Positions 10,191 through 19,053 of a stretch of DNA of 64,000 nucleotides are shown piece after piece. Source of the stretch: Acidimicrobiia bacterium (GTDB lineage: Bacteria > Actinomycetota > Acidimicrobiia > Spongiisociales > JAENVV01); the NCBI GenBank assembly GCA_041577335.1, contig JBFGJH010000011.1, positions 1 through 64,000 on the forward strand. Direction: 5' to 3'. Every line of letters starts with the position of its first letter. The stretch's first letter is position 1. The position numbers were made by a program, and so were the translations under genes. Below the pieces are notes generated by a model. The model was given only the letters and a program-made list of their open reading frames with translations. It did not search any database and was not told where the DNA came from.

Positions 10191-10643
10191 GTGATTTGCC
10201 CAACCTGCCATGAAGAGATTCCTGACGACAATCCTGAGTGTCCGAACTGCGCCGACGGCGGCGCCGGGGAACCGACCATCATGTACATTCCCGTCTCCGA
10301 ACATCCCGCCTGGTCGGAAGAGGAAGCATCACATCTCGAGGGAGTGATGGGGGTGGCGTTGGTGGTCGAACGGGGACCAACCGCCGGCAAGACCTACGTG
10401 TTGAACAGGGGGACCACCACCGTTGGGAGGCACCCCGACAGTGACATCTTCCTCAACGATGTCACCGTCAGCCGCCATCACTGCCGCTTCCAGTTCGACG
10501 GAGCCTCGTTGACGGTGGAAGACTCCGGCTCGACGAACGGCACCTATGTTCGCGACGTGCTCGTGGAGCGAGCGCCCTTGAAACCCGGCGACGAGGTCAT
10601 CATCGGCAAGTACCACCTTCTCGTTGCCCTCGGCGATGGCTAA
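10191..10643 (+). CDS. Zinc-ribbon + FHA domain protein (GarA/OdhI-like)
   Basis: CPTC...CPNC; FHA motifs GRHPDSDIFLNDVTVSRHH, STNGTYV; synteny with gcvH and MerR. Confidence 0.9.
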   Translation: MICPTCHEEIPDDNPECPNCADGGAGEPTIMYIPVSEHPAWSEEEASHLEGVMGVALVVERGPTAGKTYVLNRGTTTVGRHPDSDIFLNDVTVSRHHCRFQFDGASLTVEDSGSTNGTYVRDVLVERAPLKPGDEVIIGKYHLLVALGDG

Positions 10644-11310
10644 CCAAACCCTGAGTATCGGCGAAGTGATCAGTCTGCTCAGGGACGATTTCCCCGAGGT
10701 GAGTGTGTCGAAAGTCCGGTTCCTCGAGAACCAGGGACTGGTGGCGCCTGAGCGAACCGACTCGGGATACCGCCAATTCGGGAAGGACGACATCGCTCGC
10801 CTCCGATTCATCCTTCAGCAACAGCGTGACCATTTCTTGCCGCTCAAAGTCATCAAATCCAAACTCACCGATTGGGAGCGCGGCGCCGACGTGGTTCACG
10901 ATGAGCGTGATCCCCAAGAGCGCTACCTCGAGTCGACGGCCGAACACATCAGTGAGGCCGACTTCTTGCGCCGCACGGGGTTGGAGGCCGATGAAGTGGG
11001 AGAGCTGGTGAGCCACGGCCTGTTACGGAGAGAGACCGACGGCGGGTTCGATCCGGATGCGCTTGCCGTAGCCAAGGAAGCCCGCCTTCTCTTTGATCTC
11101 GGCCTCGAGGGACGTCACTTGCGCCTGCTCCGGCTTGGTGCCGATCGGGAAGCGGATGTTCTGCGCCAGCTGACTGCGCCGCTTCGCAGGAACACGAGCC
11201 CCGAAGCGCACACCAAAGTGATGGAGTTGCTCGCTTCCGCCGCCAAGTCGTTCGAAACCATTCATTTCCGCCTTCTCCGCCAAGAGCTGCGGGCAATTCT
11301 CGACGAATGA
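10636..11310 (+). CDS. MerR-family regulator (Rv1828/FtsR-like)
   Basis: LSIGEVI...SKVRFLENQGLVAPERTDSGYRQF, QRDHFLPLKVI; follows FHA gene. Confidence 0.9.
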   Translation: MANQTLSIGEVISLLRDDFPEVSVSKVRFLENQGLVAPERTDSGYRQFGKDDIARLRFILQQQRDHFLPLKVIKSKLTDWERGADVVHDERDPQERYLESTAEHISEADFLRRTGLEADEVGELVSHGLLRRETDGGFDPDALAVAKEARLLFDLGLEGRHLRLLRLGADREADVLRQLTAPLRRNTSPEAHTKVMELLASAAKSFETIHFRLLRQELRAILDE

Positions 11311-12353
11311 GAACGCTCTTTGCGCTGACTTTGGTGTCGGTGATCACGTGGGGAGTGGCGGCGCCTGTGGTGGCCCAGAGCCCGCAGAGCCCCGAGGTGG
11401 GGGCGGTGACATGGGTGCTGTACGACGCCGATCTGGACAGGGTGCTGGCGAGCCACGATGCCGATGTCCGGAGGCCCATGGCGTCAACCACGAAGATGAT
11501 GACCGCCCTGCTGGCGCTCGAGAACGCCACGGTCGCCGACGAGGCGCTCGTCTCGGAGGAGGCCGCCTCGATCGGCGGCGCCGGGATTGGCTATGTGGCG
11601 GGCGAGACGGTGTTGATGGAAGATCTTGTTGCGGCCTTGTTGCTGCAATCTGCCAATGATTCGGCGATCACGATTGCTGAGCACGTTGCTGGGGTCGAGT
11701 CGGTCTTCGTCGGCATGATGAACGACCGGGCGCGAGAACTGGGCATGGAGAACACCTCGTTCGCCAACCCGCACGGGCTGGATTCCCCCAACCACTACAG
11801 CTCTGCCAACGATCTCTTGACGCTGGCTCTGGAGGGGATGAGCAACCCGGACTTTGCGCGCCTCGTTTCCCAGCCCGAGGTCCAGCTCGACCCGGCTCCC
11901 GACGGCTCGGAGCGAATCGCGCTGAATCGCAACGAATTGATCGGCACCTACGAGGGGGCGATCGGAGTGAAAACTGGCTTCACCGACGATGCCGGCCTCG
12001 TCCTGGTGGCGGCGGCTGAGCGCGATGGTCGTACCCTCTACGCCGTGGTGATGGGCAGCGAGGAGCATTTTTCCGACGCCGCCGCGCTGTTGGACTACGG
12101 CCTCGGCTCGTTCGATCTCTTCGAGCTGCTCGATACGGGCCCGTTGACCGCGCCGGCTGCTATTGACGTGTCCGAGCGACGTTTTACGGGTGCGATGCAG
12201 CTCGCCGGCAGTGCCGCAACCGAATCCGCCTTCGGCACCACGGTCGTGGGGCCATCGGGGGGCACCGTGGGGCAGGACCCGCCACCGGGCTGGGTCGAGG
12301 CGCTGGCGTGGCCCCTCGAATACTGGGACAGGCTCTGGTCCTCCGATGAGTGA
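11307..12353 (+). CDS. D-alanyl-D-alanine carboxypeptidase (peptidase S11)
   Basis: Signal peptide; SxxK (ASTTK), SAND, NPHGL, KTG motifs. Confidence 0.92.
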   Translation: MRTLFALTLVSVITWGVAAPVVAQSPQSPEVGAVTWVLYDADLDRVLASHDADVRRPMASTTKMMTALLALENATVADEALVSEEAASIGGAGIGYVAGETVLMEDLVAALLLQSANDSAITIAEHVAGVESVFVGMMNDRARELGMENTSFANPHGLDSPNHYSSANDLLTLALEGMSNPDFARLVSQPEVQLDPAPDGSERIALNRNELIGTYEGAIGVKTGFTDDAGLVLVAAAERDGRTLYAVVMGSEEHFSDAAALLDYGLGSFDLFELLDTGPLTAPAAIDVSERRFTGAMQLAGSAATESAFGTTVVGPSGGTVGQDPPPGWVEALAWPLEYWDRLWSSDE

Positions 12354-12930
12354 CATCGTCGCCGAGGTCATATCTCGTCAGGCATTGGCGTCCCGGGCGT
12401 TGGAGCTCGGCGCGGCGCTTGCCGAGGAGTATGCCGGGCGAGATCCGATCTTCGTCGGAGTGCTCACCGGCTCGTTGCCTTTCTTGGCAGATCTGGTTCG
12501 GGCCACGCCGATCGACGCCGAGGTCGATTTCCTGGCGTTGACGCGATTTGGTGAGGGAGGGCGGGTTGCCATCGCCATCGATGTTGCGACGCCGCTGACC
12601 GGGCGCGACGTGATCTTGGTGGAGGACATCGTCGATACCGGGCTCACCGCCCTTGCACTGATGAACATGCTCCAGGAGCGCGACCCGGCCAGCTTGTCCA
12701 TGGTCACCCTCCTCGACAAGGTACCTCGCCGGCTCGTCGAAGTCCCGCTGGCATTTCGCGGCTTCGAGGTCGGAGACGAGTTCCTTCTCGGCTACGGACT
12801 CGACTGGGAGGGGAAATACCGCAATCTCCAAAGCCTGTGGGCGGTGCTCGATCTGGCTGAGTTCGCCGCGAATCCCGGCGTTTTGCATTCAAAAGCGTTT
12901 GCCGGTGCTGCTGATAGGCTGCGGACATGA
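12346..12930 (+). CDS. hpt: Hypoxanthine phosphoribosyltransferase-like protein (divergent)
   Basis: PRPP loop VILVEDIVDTGLT, LLDK, FLLGYGLD...YRNL. Confidence 0.82.
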   Translation: MSDIVAEVISRQALASRALELGAALAEEYAGRDPIFVGVLTGSLPFLADLVRATPIDAEVDFLALTRFGEGGRVAIAIDVATPLTGRDVILVEDIVDTGLTALALMNMLQERDPASLSMVTLLDKVPRRLVEVPLAFRGFEVGDEFLLGYGLDWEGKYRNLQSLWAVLDLAEFAANPGVLHSKAFAGAADRLRT

Positions 12931-13424
12931 GCGAGATGGTGCCTCTGGAACTCGTCGGAGTCCGTATCCAATTTCCGAGTAATCAGCCCATTGTGCTGCT
13001 TCGCGAACAGAACGGGACCCGATATCTCCCGATCTGGATCGGCGCGGTCGAAGCCACCGCGATCGCGTATGCCCTGGAGGGCGTGACCACCGCCCGTCCC
13101 ATGACCCACGACCTCCTCAAGTCCACAACTGAGGCGCTCGGCGCCGAAGTCGATCGTGTGGTCGTCACCGAGATGCGCGATTCGATCTATTACGCCGACC
13201 TCGTTCTCACCAGCCCCGACGGAGAAGTGGTGATTTCGTCTCGCCCCTCCGACGCCATTGCCTTGGCGGCTCGCACCGGCGCAGCGTTGTTTGCCTCGCA
13301 AGAAGTGCTCGAGGACGCCGGAGTGGAGATCAAAGACGAAGACGAGGAGGAGGAAATCGAGAAGTTCCGCGAGTTCCTCGACGACATCTCCCCAGATGAT
13401 TTTGAAGACACGGGACAATCATGA
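12927..13424 (+). CDS. Bifunctional nuclease family protein (DUF151)
   Basis: LPIWIGAVEA, RPMTHDL, SRPSDAIALA, acidic tail FREFLDDISPDDF. Confidence 0.93.
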   Translation: MSEMVPLELVGVRIQFPSNQPIVLLREQNGTRYLPIWIGAVEATAIAYALEGVTTARPMTHDLLKSTTEALGAEVDRVVVTEMRDSIYYADLVLTSPDGEVVISSRPSDAIALAARTGAALFASQEVLEDAGVEIKDEDEEEEIEKFREFLDDISPDDFEDTGQS

Positions 13425-14455
13425 ACCCGGTCGTGCGGCTCCGCCGGGCGGCCGTATGGGTGAGCGTCGTGATCGCCTTGGGGACCACCGGCTATGTGGT
13501 CATCGAACGATCCTCGTGGTTCGACGCCTTCTACATGACCATCGTCACAGTGTCGACCGTTGGCTACGAGGAGGTGTTTCCACTGAGCGAAGTGGGTCGG
13601 GCGTTCACGGCTGGTCTGATCATCGTTGGCGTCAGCACGGCTCTGTATACCGCCGGCGCGGCACTCGAAGTGTTCGTGGAGCAGGTCAGTGATCGAGGAA
13701 GGAAGGCCTTGATGCAACGGGAAATCGATCGGATGGAGCAGCACCACATCGTCTGCGGATATGGTCGCGTCGGGTCGGCGACATGGCGCGACATGGCCAG
13801 CCACGGCGCGCGAGTGGTCATCGTCGAGGCCGATCCGGACAAGGCCGCCCGAGCAAGGGCGGCGGGAGCCATGGTCGTCGAAGGTGACGCCACTCGCAAC
13901 GAAGTGCTCATCGAGGCCGGCATCCATCGTGCCAAGGCGATCGTGGCATCGGTGGAAAGTGACAGCGACAACCTCGTGATCGTCCTGTCGGCGCGCTCAT
14001 TGGAGCCCGGGCTGCGCATCGTCTCTCGCGCCAAATTCTTGGAGTCCGAGACCAAGCTCCTGCTGGCGGGAGCCGACAAAGTCGTCGCACCTCAACAAGT
14101 CGGGGCGCGGCGCCTGGCGGCCATGGCGCTCCAGCCCGACCTCGCCGACTTCGTCGATCTGGTGATCCACGGACATCACGTCGAGTTTCGGGTGGCCCGG
14201 ATCGAGGTTCAATCCGGCTCAGGACTGGAAGGGTTGTCGCTCCGCGACGCAGACATCCGCGAGGTCACGGGCGCCCAGGTCCTCGCAATCGAGCGGGCCA
14301 ATGGTGAAGTCATGCTCAACCCCGATCCAGGCGCCGGGATGGAAGCAGGCGACGTGCTCGTGACGATGGGGCGCAAGCCGCAGCTCGGCAAGGTGACCGG
14401 CCTCGCTACCCGAGTCGGACCCCAGAACGTTGACACTGCCTCAGCCTCCGGGTAG
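13421..14455 (+). CDS. Potassium channel with TrkA-N/TrkA-C (RCK) domains
   Basis: Two TM helices, pore TVSTVGY, HHIVCGYGRVG Rossmann, GDAT, TrkA-C tail. Confidence 0.92.
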   Translation: MNPVVRLRRAAVWVSVVIALGTTGYVVIERSSWFDAFYMTIVTVSTVGYEEVFPLSEVGRAFTAGLIIVGVSTALYTAGAALEVFVEQVSDRGRKALMQREIDRMEQHHIVCGYGRVGSATWRDMASHGARVVIVEADPDKAARARAAGAMVVEGDATRNEVLIEAGIHRAKAIVASVESDSDNLVIVLSARSLEPGLRIVSRAKFLESETKLLLAGADKVVAPQQVGARRLAAMALQPDLADFVDLVIHGHHVEFRVARIEVQSGSGLEGLSLRDADIREVTGAQVLAIERANGEVMLNPDPGAGMEAGDVLVTMGRKPQLGKVTGLATRVGPQNVDTASASG

Positions 14456-14488
14456 CGTCTCCGGCGGGGTAATTACGGGCGTGTAACC
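14430..14488 (+). promoter_or_regulatory. Sigma70-type promoter plus putative operator for the downstream MerR gene
   Basis: TTGACA (14430-35), 17-nt spacer, TAGCGT (14453-58); imperfect palindrome AATTACGGGCGTGTAACC at 14471-88. Confidence 0.7.
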
Positions 14489-14516
14489 TTTCGTTCCACG
14501 CAGGAGGACAGCGCTA

Positions 14517-14990
14517 GTGTCGATCAATGGATTTCGTGCACCCCAAGTATGCAAGCTGGTGGGCATCACCTACCGGCAGTTGGATTACTGGGCACGCACC
14601 GACCTCATCAAGCCGTCCTTGCAGCACGCCCATGGCTCTGGCTCGCAACGCCTCTACTCGTTCATAGATGTGGTCCAGCTGAAGGTCATCAAGCGGCTCC
14701 TGGATGCCGGAATGAGCCTCAAGAAGATCCGCCAAGCAATGGACATTCTCCGTGAGCAACTCGATAGTGATCAGCCGCTCGTCGATGTGACTCTGCTGTC
14801 CGACGGCGCCTCGATCTACGCTGCCCACAGTGCCGACGAGGTCGTCGATGTCTTCCGGCGAGGGCAAGGCGTGTTTGGCATAGCCGTCGGCCCGGTTCAG
14901 GAGGAGTTGGAGGGTGACGTACACCGCCTTTTTCCTGATGCCGTGACCGCGGCAGACGTTCTAGAAGCCGAGGCAACAACATCGATCTGA
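14517..14990 (+). CDS. MerR-family regulator (Rv1830/McdR/BldO-like)
   Basis: GITYRQLDYWART, GSGSQRLYSF, GQGVFGIAV; RBS AGGAGG. Confidence 0.93.
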   Translation: MSINGFRAPQVCKLVGITYRQLDYWARTDLIKPSLQHAHGSGSQRLYSFIDVVQLKVIKRLLDAGMSLKKIRQAMDILREQLDSDQPLVDVTLLSDGASIYAAHSADEVVDVFRRGQGVFGIAVGPVQEELEGDVHRLFPDAVTAADVLEAEATTSI

Positions 14991-14995
14991 GCAAC

Positions 14996-15433
14996 TTGTT
15001 GCAGAGCGCGGACGAGGTCGAGTTCGCACACAACAGCGAGCGTCAGTTCGCGCGACTACTGGACTTCTATGGAATCGAGTGGGCGTACGAGCCGCGGTCA
15101 TTTGCCCTTGCCTGGGACGACGCCGGAGAGCCGACGAGGTGGTTCACGCCGGACTTCTATCTGCCCGACGATGACGTGTTCATCGAGATCACCACGATGA
15201 ACCAAAAACTCGTCACCAAGAAGAACCGCAAGGTGCGCCTGCTGGTGCAGCACCATCCCGATGTGCGCTGCAAGATTCTCTATCAACGCGACTACCTCCA
15301 CCTGGTCCAGAAGTACGGCCTCGAAGAGCCCGACCAGCTCGACATTTCTACACATCCCACCCGAATTCCCGGCCAACCACAGATCGTGCGGCTCAACGCC
15401 GACGGATCCGAACGCGCCGAGGAGCCTGCGTGA
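14996..15433 (+). CDS. PD-(D/E)xK-fold protein resembling T7 endonuclease I; start uncertain
   Basis: SER..ARLL...GIEWAYEP...FTPDFYLP...FIEITT. Confidence 0.7.
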   Translation: MLQSADEVEFAHNSERQFARLLDFYGIEWAYEPRSFALAWDDAGEPTRWFTPDFYLPDDDVFIEITTMNQKLVTKKNRKVRLLVQHHPDVRCKILYQRDYLHLVQKYGLEEPDQLDISTHPTRIPGQPQIVRLNADGSERAEEPA

Positions 15434-16230
15434 GCACCACAGAACGCACGACGACGGGTCGGTTGATCAGAACGTGGCCCCCTCCTGAAGACCCTTGGAC
15501 AACGATCTTGATCGTCCATGGTCTCGGCGAGCATTCGGGGAGGTACGAAAGGATCGGTGCCCAGCTCTCGGAGGCCGGCATCGCCGTTCGCTCTTTCGAC
15601 TTGATGGGATTTGGTGCGTCAGACGGCCGGCGGGCCTTCGCCGAGAGCGTTGACGTGTATCTCGACGAGATCGAAGAAGAACTCACCGCAGGCCGGATCC
15701 CCGACGTCCCGGCAGTCATTCTCGGGCACAGCATGGGAGGTTTGCTCGCGTACCGCTACGCGATGTCGGCGCTGCCCCAGCCTGACGCCCTGGTGCTCAG
15801 CTCGCCAGCATTTGGTTCGTCGGCACCGGCTATCAAGAAATTCGCCGCACCGTGGGCTGCCAAGGTGGCTCCCAAACTGTCAATGCCAAACGACATCGAG
15901 GGGGAACAGCTCTCACGCGATCCGGCGGTGGGCGAGGCGTACTTCGCCGATCCACTGGTTTACACCAAGATGACGACGGCGCTCGGCGCCGTGCTCTTGG
16001 GGGCAATCGAGGCGTCAGGAGATTTCCCGGCGCCTTCGGTGCCGACCTATGTGCTCCACGGAGCAGCTGACACCGTCGTGCCGCCTCAATCGTCGGTCGC
16101 CATCGGAGAACGAGACGGTGTTACTCGCAAGCTCTATCACAACCTTCGCCATGAAACGATGAACGAGCCGGAAGGTCCCGAGGTCGTCGCCGATATCATC
16201 TCCTGGCTGCGGGAGACGCTCAACCGCTGA
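15430..16230 (+). CDS. Alpha/beta hydrolase (lysophospholipase/monoacylglycerol lipase-like)
   Basis: HGLGEHSGRY, GHSMGG nucleophile, D and HE catalytic residues. Confidence 0.92.
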   Translation: MSTTERTTTGRLIRTWPPPEDPWTTILIVHGLGEHSGRYERIGAQLSEAGIAVRSFDLMGFGASDGRRAFAESVDVYLDEIEEELTAGRIPDVPAVILGHSMGGLLAYRYAMSALPQPDALVLSSPAFGSSAPAIKKFAAPWAAKVAPKLSMPNDIEGEQLSRDPAVGEAYFADPLVYTKMTTALGAVLLGAIEASGDFPAPSVPTYVLHGAADTVVPPQSSVAIGERDGVTRKLYHNLRHETMNEPEGPEVVADIISWLRETLNR

Positions 16231-16777
16231 GCGACGCTTCCTCGGTTGCTCCAGATTCCACCAGAGCGCTGCGATACCAGCGGCGCTCCACCACCGGCTC
16301 CCCAAAGAACGAGACCTCGAGAGACTCTCCCGGCACGAATCCACGGCGCTCGAAAAACGACTCTCCAGAGGTGTTTCCGAGGATGAGGTCGACGGTGGTG
16401 GGCAATCCCTCGGCGAGCTGGCGGATTCGGGCGATGAGGTGGGTTCCCGCTCCTCTTCTTCGGGCGTTCGGTCGCGTGTGGATGGCGGCGATGACGATAC
16501 GGTCGGGCTCGACGATGGCGTCGGCGAAGGCGATCGCCTTGCCGCCGTCGGTGACGATGAGAATCGGATGGTCTTCCCAACGCTTCTCGAGTGCGGCCGG
16601 TGTGTAGGCCACCTCCAGGAGTGACTCGATGGTGGCGGGTCGTAACAGGGTCTCATATGCCTCGCGCATTGCGGCCGAGCCAATCGACGAGATGGATGCG
16701 AGGTCGTCTCGTTTGGCCAACGACACCTTCACTCCTCCGAACCTAGCGATCTCCCGTGGTTGGTGCATCGGTGTCAT
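16220..16777 (-). CDS. GNAT family acetyltransferase
   Basis: ARRRGAGTHL acetyl-CoA motif, N...FFERRGF; start ATG 16777 after G-rich RBS. Confidence 0.82.
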   Translation of the reverse strand: MTPMHQPREIARFGGVKVSLAKRDDLASISSIGSAAMREAYETLLRPATIESLLEVAYTPAALEKRWEDHPILIVTDGGKAIAFADAIVEPDRIVIAAIHTRPNARRRGAGTHLIARIRQLAEGLPTTVDLILGNTSGESFFERRGFVPGESLEVSFFGEPVVERRWYRSALVESGATEEASLSG

Positions 16778-16902
16778 CCCCCCGGTCGGTGCCTGAGTAG
16801 GCTCCTTGCTGCCCAGCGCAGGGGGATGCCGGTCGGGCGGGCACATACGTGTTCCTGATCCGGTAACTTGGGAGCTGGCCTTGCATCTGGAGGGTGTTCA
16901 CA

Positions 16903-18957
16903 ATGCGTACATATCCAACGGACAAGATCCGGAACGTCGCCCTCTTGGGCCACGCCGGCTCCGGCAAGACGACACTGGCGGAAGCCCTGTTGTTCCGAGC
17001 CGGAGCCATCGACCGTCTCGGCTCTGTCGAAGATGGATCAACGGTCACGGATTTCGATGAAGAAGAGACTGCTCGAGGGCAGTCTCTGTCGTTGGCGCTT
17101 GCTCCGATCGAGTGGAAAGGCCACAAGATCAACATCATCGATACCCCTGGATACGCCGATTTCCTCGGCGATGCTTCTGCCGCCCTCCAGGTCGCCGATC
17201 TCGCCATCTTCGTCGTTTCAGCCGTTGAGGGGGTCGAGGTCGGTACTCGGCGGCTGTGGCGAGTAGCCGAACGGATCGGCGTTCCTCGGATGGTTTTCAT
17301 CAACAAGCTCGACAAGGAGCGGGCAGACTTCGAGCGAACGCTCGACGAGCTGCGTGCGGTCTTCGGAGCGGGCATCGCCCCGCTGGAGCTTCCCATCGGC
17401 AAAGAAGCCGGGTTTCACGGAATTGCCGATCTCCTCACCGACACCGCCTACCTCTACGATTCTGGCCACGGCGAAAAAGGGGAAATCCCCGACGAGATGC
17501 AGGAGCTCGAGCACGAAGTCCACGACAATCTCGTCGAGGGGATCGTTGTTGCCGATGACGACCTCCTCGAGAGATACTTGGAAGGTGACGTTCCGTCGGT
17601 CGAGGAACTCGAAAAGACGCTGGCAATCGGCGTCGACCGCGGATCCGTGTTTCCAGTTGTGTGTGGCTCGGCGATCGCGCCAATCGCCGTCGATCGGCTT
17701 GCCGACTTCATCGTGGAGATCGGACCTGCCCCCGAAGACAGGACGGCTTTCACCGTTCGGGCAGGCGATCAGGAGATCCACGTCGAGCCGGACAGTTCCC
17801 AACCGCCCCTGGCGTATGTCTTCAAGACCATCACCGACCCGTACGTCGGGCAGCTGTCGTTGTTTCGAGTCATGACCGGGACCCTGAAACGGGACGACCA
17901 ACTCGTTGCATCATCGTCAGGGCAGGAGGAGCGTCTCCACAATCTGCTGACGCTGCGAGGCAAAGAGCAGATCCCGGTCGAACAGCTCGCAGCAGGAGAC
18001 ATTGCCGCGGTCGCCAAGCTGAACGGGACCGTGACGGGGGACACGTTGGCGCCCAAGGGCACGCCGGTGACCATCGAAGCGCCGTCCCGCCCGAGCCCGG
18101 TGTTGGCGTTCGCCATCGTGCCTCGGACGCAATCCGACGAGGACAAGCTCCCGACGTCGCTTCGCAGGCTCCAGGACGAAGATCCCGCCCTCATAATGGA
18201 GTTGCAGCCAGAAACCGGCCAGACGCTGTTGTGGGGGACCGGGGAGACCCATCTGGCGGTTGCCATCGACCGCCTCCGGCGGAAGTTCGGAGTCGAGGTC
18301 GACCAGGAGCCCGTGAAGGTGCCGTTTCGGTGGACGATCACCCGCGAAGTCGAGGCGGAGGGCAAGTACAAGAAACAGTCCGGCGGGCATGGCCAGTTCG
18401 GCATTGCGTACGTTCGTTTCGAGCCAAAGGAGAGCGGCTCGGGCTTCGAGTTCATCGACAAGATCGTGGGCGGCTCGATCCCGCGCCAGTTCATACCGGC
18501 GGTGGAGAAGGGGATCATCGAAGAGCTCGAGTCGGGCTACTTCGGCGGGTATCCCGTCGTCGATCTCAGCGCCACCTGCTACGACGGAAAGTATCACTCT
18601 GTCGACAGCTCCGAGATGAGCTTCAAGATGGCCGGCAAGTTGGCGGTCCGAGAGGGTCTTCCTGCGGCCGGCTTGGTCTTGCTGGAACCCGTGTCGAAAG
18701 TGGAGATCTTTGCCCCCATCGAGCTGCAGGGGGACGTGATGAAGGACATCAGTGGTCGCCGGGGCCGGGTTCTGGGCACCGAGGCAAGCCTCCATGGTGA
18801 ACAGCGTATCGAAGCCGAAGTGCCGACAGCCGAGATCATGCGGTACGCCATCGACCTCAAGTCGATCACCGGCGGTGCCGGCCGTTTCAGCGCCGAACAC
18901 AGTCATTACGACCAGATGCCCCAGCATTTGGCCGATCGCGTCACAGTCGACGCCTGA
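16903..18957 (+). CDS. fusA: Elongation factor G-like protein (EF-G II paralogue)
   Basis: GHAGSGKTT, DTPGYADF, NKLD, KQSGGHGQF, HSVDSSEMSF; stand-alone, not in str operon. Confidence 0.92.
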   Translation: MRTYPTDKIRNVALLGHAGSGKTTLAEALLFRAGAIDRLGSVEDGSTVTDFDEEETARGQSLSLALAPIEWKGHKINIIDTPGYADFLGDASAALQVADLAIFVVSAVEGVEVGTRRLWRVAERIGVPRMVFINKLDKERADFERTLDELRAVFGAGIAPLELPIGKEAGFHGIADLLTDTAYLYDSGHGEKGEIPDEMQELEHEVHDNLVEGIVVADDDLLERYLEGDVPSVEELEKTLAIGVDRGSVFPVVCGSAIAPIAVDRLADFIVEIGPAPEDRTAFTVRAGDQEIHVEPDSSQPPLAYVFKTITDPYVGQLSLFRVMTGTLKRDDQLVASSSGQEERLHNLLTLRGKEQIPVEQLAAGDIAAVAKLNGTVTGDTLAPKGTPVTIEAPSRPSPVLAFAIVPRTQSDEDKLPTSLRRLQDEDPALIMELQPETGQTLLWGTGETHLAVAIDRLRRKFGVEVDQEPVKVPFRWTITREVEAEGKYKKQSGGHGQFGIAYVRFEPKESGSGFEFIDKIVGGSIPRQFIPAVEKGIIEELESGYFGGYPVVDLSATCYDGKYHSVDSSEMSFKMAGKLAVREGLPAAGLVLLEPVSKVEIFAPIELQGDVMKDISGRRGRVLGTEASLHGEQRIEAEVPTAEIMRYAIDLKSITGGAGRFSAEHSHYDQMPQHLADRVTVDA

Positions 18958-18970
18958 GCATCTGAAGAAA

Positions 18971-18992
18971 GTTCACCTGGCGTTCACCTTCC
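18971..18992 (+). promoter_or_regulatory. PHO box (two 11-bp direct repeat units)
   Basis: GTTCACC-TGGC-GTTCACC upstream of pstS; matches actinobacterial PhoP direct repeat. Confidence 0.85.
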
Positions 18993-19053
18993 GGTCCGGG
19001 AGCGATTACTCCGTCTCCGTAGCCTGCTTCTCGCCACCTAGCGGGAGATGACA

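Noticed and set aside
16895..16901. GTTCAC half-site before the EF-G paralogue as a PHO box
   Set aside because: Single unit within the RBS spacer, with no 11-bp partner.
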